Below, in pieces: positions 47,168 through 48,445 of a stretch of 48,445 bases of DNA. Each line of letters opens with the position of its first letter. Position 1 is the stretch's first letter. The position numbers were made by a program, and so were the translations under genes. The notes below the pieces were generated by a model. It was not told the origin of the DNA. It was given only the letters and a program-made list of their open reading frames with translations, and ran no database searches. Source of the DNA: Chthonomonas calidirosea (lineage in GTDB: Bacteria > Armatimonadota > Fimbriimonadia > Fimbriimonadales > Fimbriimonadaceae); NCBI GenBank assembly GCA_945859975.1, contig CAMAPH010000020.1, positions 1-48,445 of the forward strand, written 5' to 3'.

Positions 47168-47764
47168 ATGATCGGAAGACTTTGCGGTGAGCTTGCCGAC
47201 CTTGAAGGGAGTCTGGCCCTGGTCGATTGCGGCGGGGTTGGCTATGAGGTCACGATCCCCGACCACGTTGCCCTCAGTCTGAGTGCCATCGGTAGCCAAG
47301 TCGAATTGATGATTCGGCAGGTGATTCGGGAAGACAGCAACACCCTGTACGGATTCCGAACCCCGTTCCAGCGCCGCGTGTTTGACCTCCTTGTTTCGGT
47401 CAGCGGTTGCGGGCCAAAGAGCGCCTTGAGCCTGCTCGGGCAGGTGGGTGAAGATGCGGTTTGCGGCGCCATTGTTTCGCAGGACGCGAAGACCCTCGCC
47501 CGTGCCAGTGGCATAGGAGCCCGAACCGCCGAGCGTATCATCGTCGAACTGAAGGACAAGGTCGCTGAGGTCATGATGGTCCACCGCATCCCCGGGACCG
47601 TTCCGGTGACCGCACCGAAACTGATCGACAGCGAACTCACGGAAGCCCTGCTTGCCCTAGGCTATCGACGCAACGAAATCGAGGCCATTTCGGAAAAGGT
47701 GTCGAAGCAAAGCAAGGATATCGCCGAGCAAATTCGCCTCGCCCTTGCCGAACTTCGTGCCTAA
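47168..47764 (+). CDS. ruvA: Holliday junction branch migration protein RuvA
   Basis: MIGRLCG, GGVGYEV, IREDSNTLYGF, VSGCGPKSAL, GIGARTAERIIVELKDK and ALLALGY. Confidence 0.96.
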   Translation: MIGRLCGELADLEGSLALVDCGGVGYEVTIPDHVALSLSAIGSQVELMIRQVIREDSNTLYGFRTPFQRRVFDLLVSVSGCGPKSALSLLGQVGEDAVCGAIVSQDAKTLARASGIGARTAERIIVELKDKVAEVMMVHRIPGTVPVTAPKLIDSELTEALLALGYRRNEIEAISEKVSKQSKDIAEQIRLALAELRA

Positions 47765-47786
47765 CCATCACGCGCTAAACTGACCT

Positions 47787-48445
47787 ATGCCTCGCGGAGA
47801 TGAGCTCGATCCAAACGTTCATGCGGACGACTTTTCCGCCGAGCTGAGCCTGCGTCCCCGACGCCTGACCGAGTTCATTGGTCAGGAAAAGTTGAAGACG
47901 AACTTGAACGTCTTCCTCACCGCCGCCCGCCAGCGAGATGAAGCCTTAGACCACGTACTTCTCTACGGCCCGCCTGGCCTCGGCAAAACCACCCTCGCCC
48001 ACATTATCGCCACCGAAATGGGCGCAGAGTTGCACGTAACGAGCGGCCCTGCCGTCGAGCGACCTGGGGATTTGGTCGGAATTCTCACCAACCTCGAGCC
48101 CGGTGCCGTGCTGTTTATCGACGAAATTCACCGCCTCAGCCGGACCGTCGAAGAGATTCTGTATCCGGCCATGGAGGACTGCAAGGTCGACATCATGATC
48201 GGCAAAGGCCCCGCCGCCCGATCCATTCGGCTCGACGTGCCGAAGTTCACCGTTGTCGGTGCTACCACGCGCCAGGGCCTTCTCACCGGCCCCCTCCGTG
48301 ACCGCTTCGGAATCATTTCCCACTTCCAGTTTTATGACCGCGCCGCGCTCTACGAAATCGTGGTCCGCTCGGCCCACATTCTCGGATTCCCCATCGACCG
48401 CACCGGTGCCGAAGAGATCGCCCGCCGAAGCCGCGGCACCCCCCG
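47787..48445 (+). CDS. ruvB: Holliday junction branch migration helicase RuvB (runs off the window)
   Basis: Not in the ORF track. Manual translation from ATG 47787 gives [49 protein letters not shown] and PLRDRFG. Confidence 0.97.
   Translation, partial: MPRGDELDPNVHADDFSAELSLRPRRLTEFIGQEKLKTNLNVFLTAARQRDEALDHVLLYGPPGLGKTTLAHIIATEMGAELHVTSGPAVERPGDLVGILTNLEPGAVLFIDEIHRLSRTVEEILYPAMEDCKVDIMIGKGPAARSIRLDVPKFTVVGATTRQGLLTGPLRDRFGIISHFQFYDRAALYEIVVRSAHILGFPIDRTGAEEIARRSRGTP

Noticed and set aside
1..48445. CRISPR arrays, tRNA/rRNA genes, IS elements, prophage
   Set aside because: No regularly spaced direct repeats, cloverleaf signatures, transposase, integrase or phage structural cluster were seen by eye. 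A tRNAscan/Infernal run would be needed to exclude small RNAs formally.

Overview
A gene-dense, GC-rich bacterial chromosomal segment made mostly of core genes. The prepilin/H-X9-DG-type protein, the fused binding-protein/permease, lpxB and the recA-recX-rny-ymdB order suggest Armatimonadota (Fimbriimonas-like); this is inference. Genes include partial sdhA, a fused sugar ABC binding protein/permease, recA-recX-rny-ymdB, cdsA, valS, recF-dciA-split comEC, RDD and DUF58 genes, a lower-GC two-gene islet, lpxB, ispE, an S8 protease, pdxS, polA, ppc, rimO, ndk, an ABC-2 exporter operon and ruvA with partial ruvB. I saw no rRNA, tRNA, CRISPR array, transposase or integrase. The most notable observations are: (1) a perfect parS site plus a candidate dnaA-detached oriC upstream of recF; (2) a secreted protein whose mature N-terminus (twice) and extreme C-terminus carry the same DYILD pentapeptide; (3) an orphan protein fusing a GTA/phage head-spike-base-like domain to a beta-helix; (4) a PhyH-family Fe/2OG enzyme with a halogenase-like HxG motif; (5) PolA with Tyr at the E. 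coli F762 position; (6) widespread leaderless-type TAnnnT promoters; (7) a structured RNA candidate and tandem SOS-box candidates upstream of recA. All family assignments are from motif recognition by eye, not database searches.
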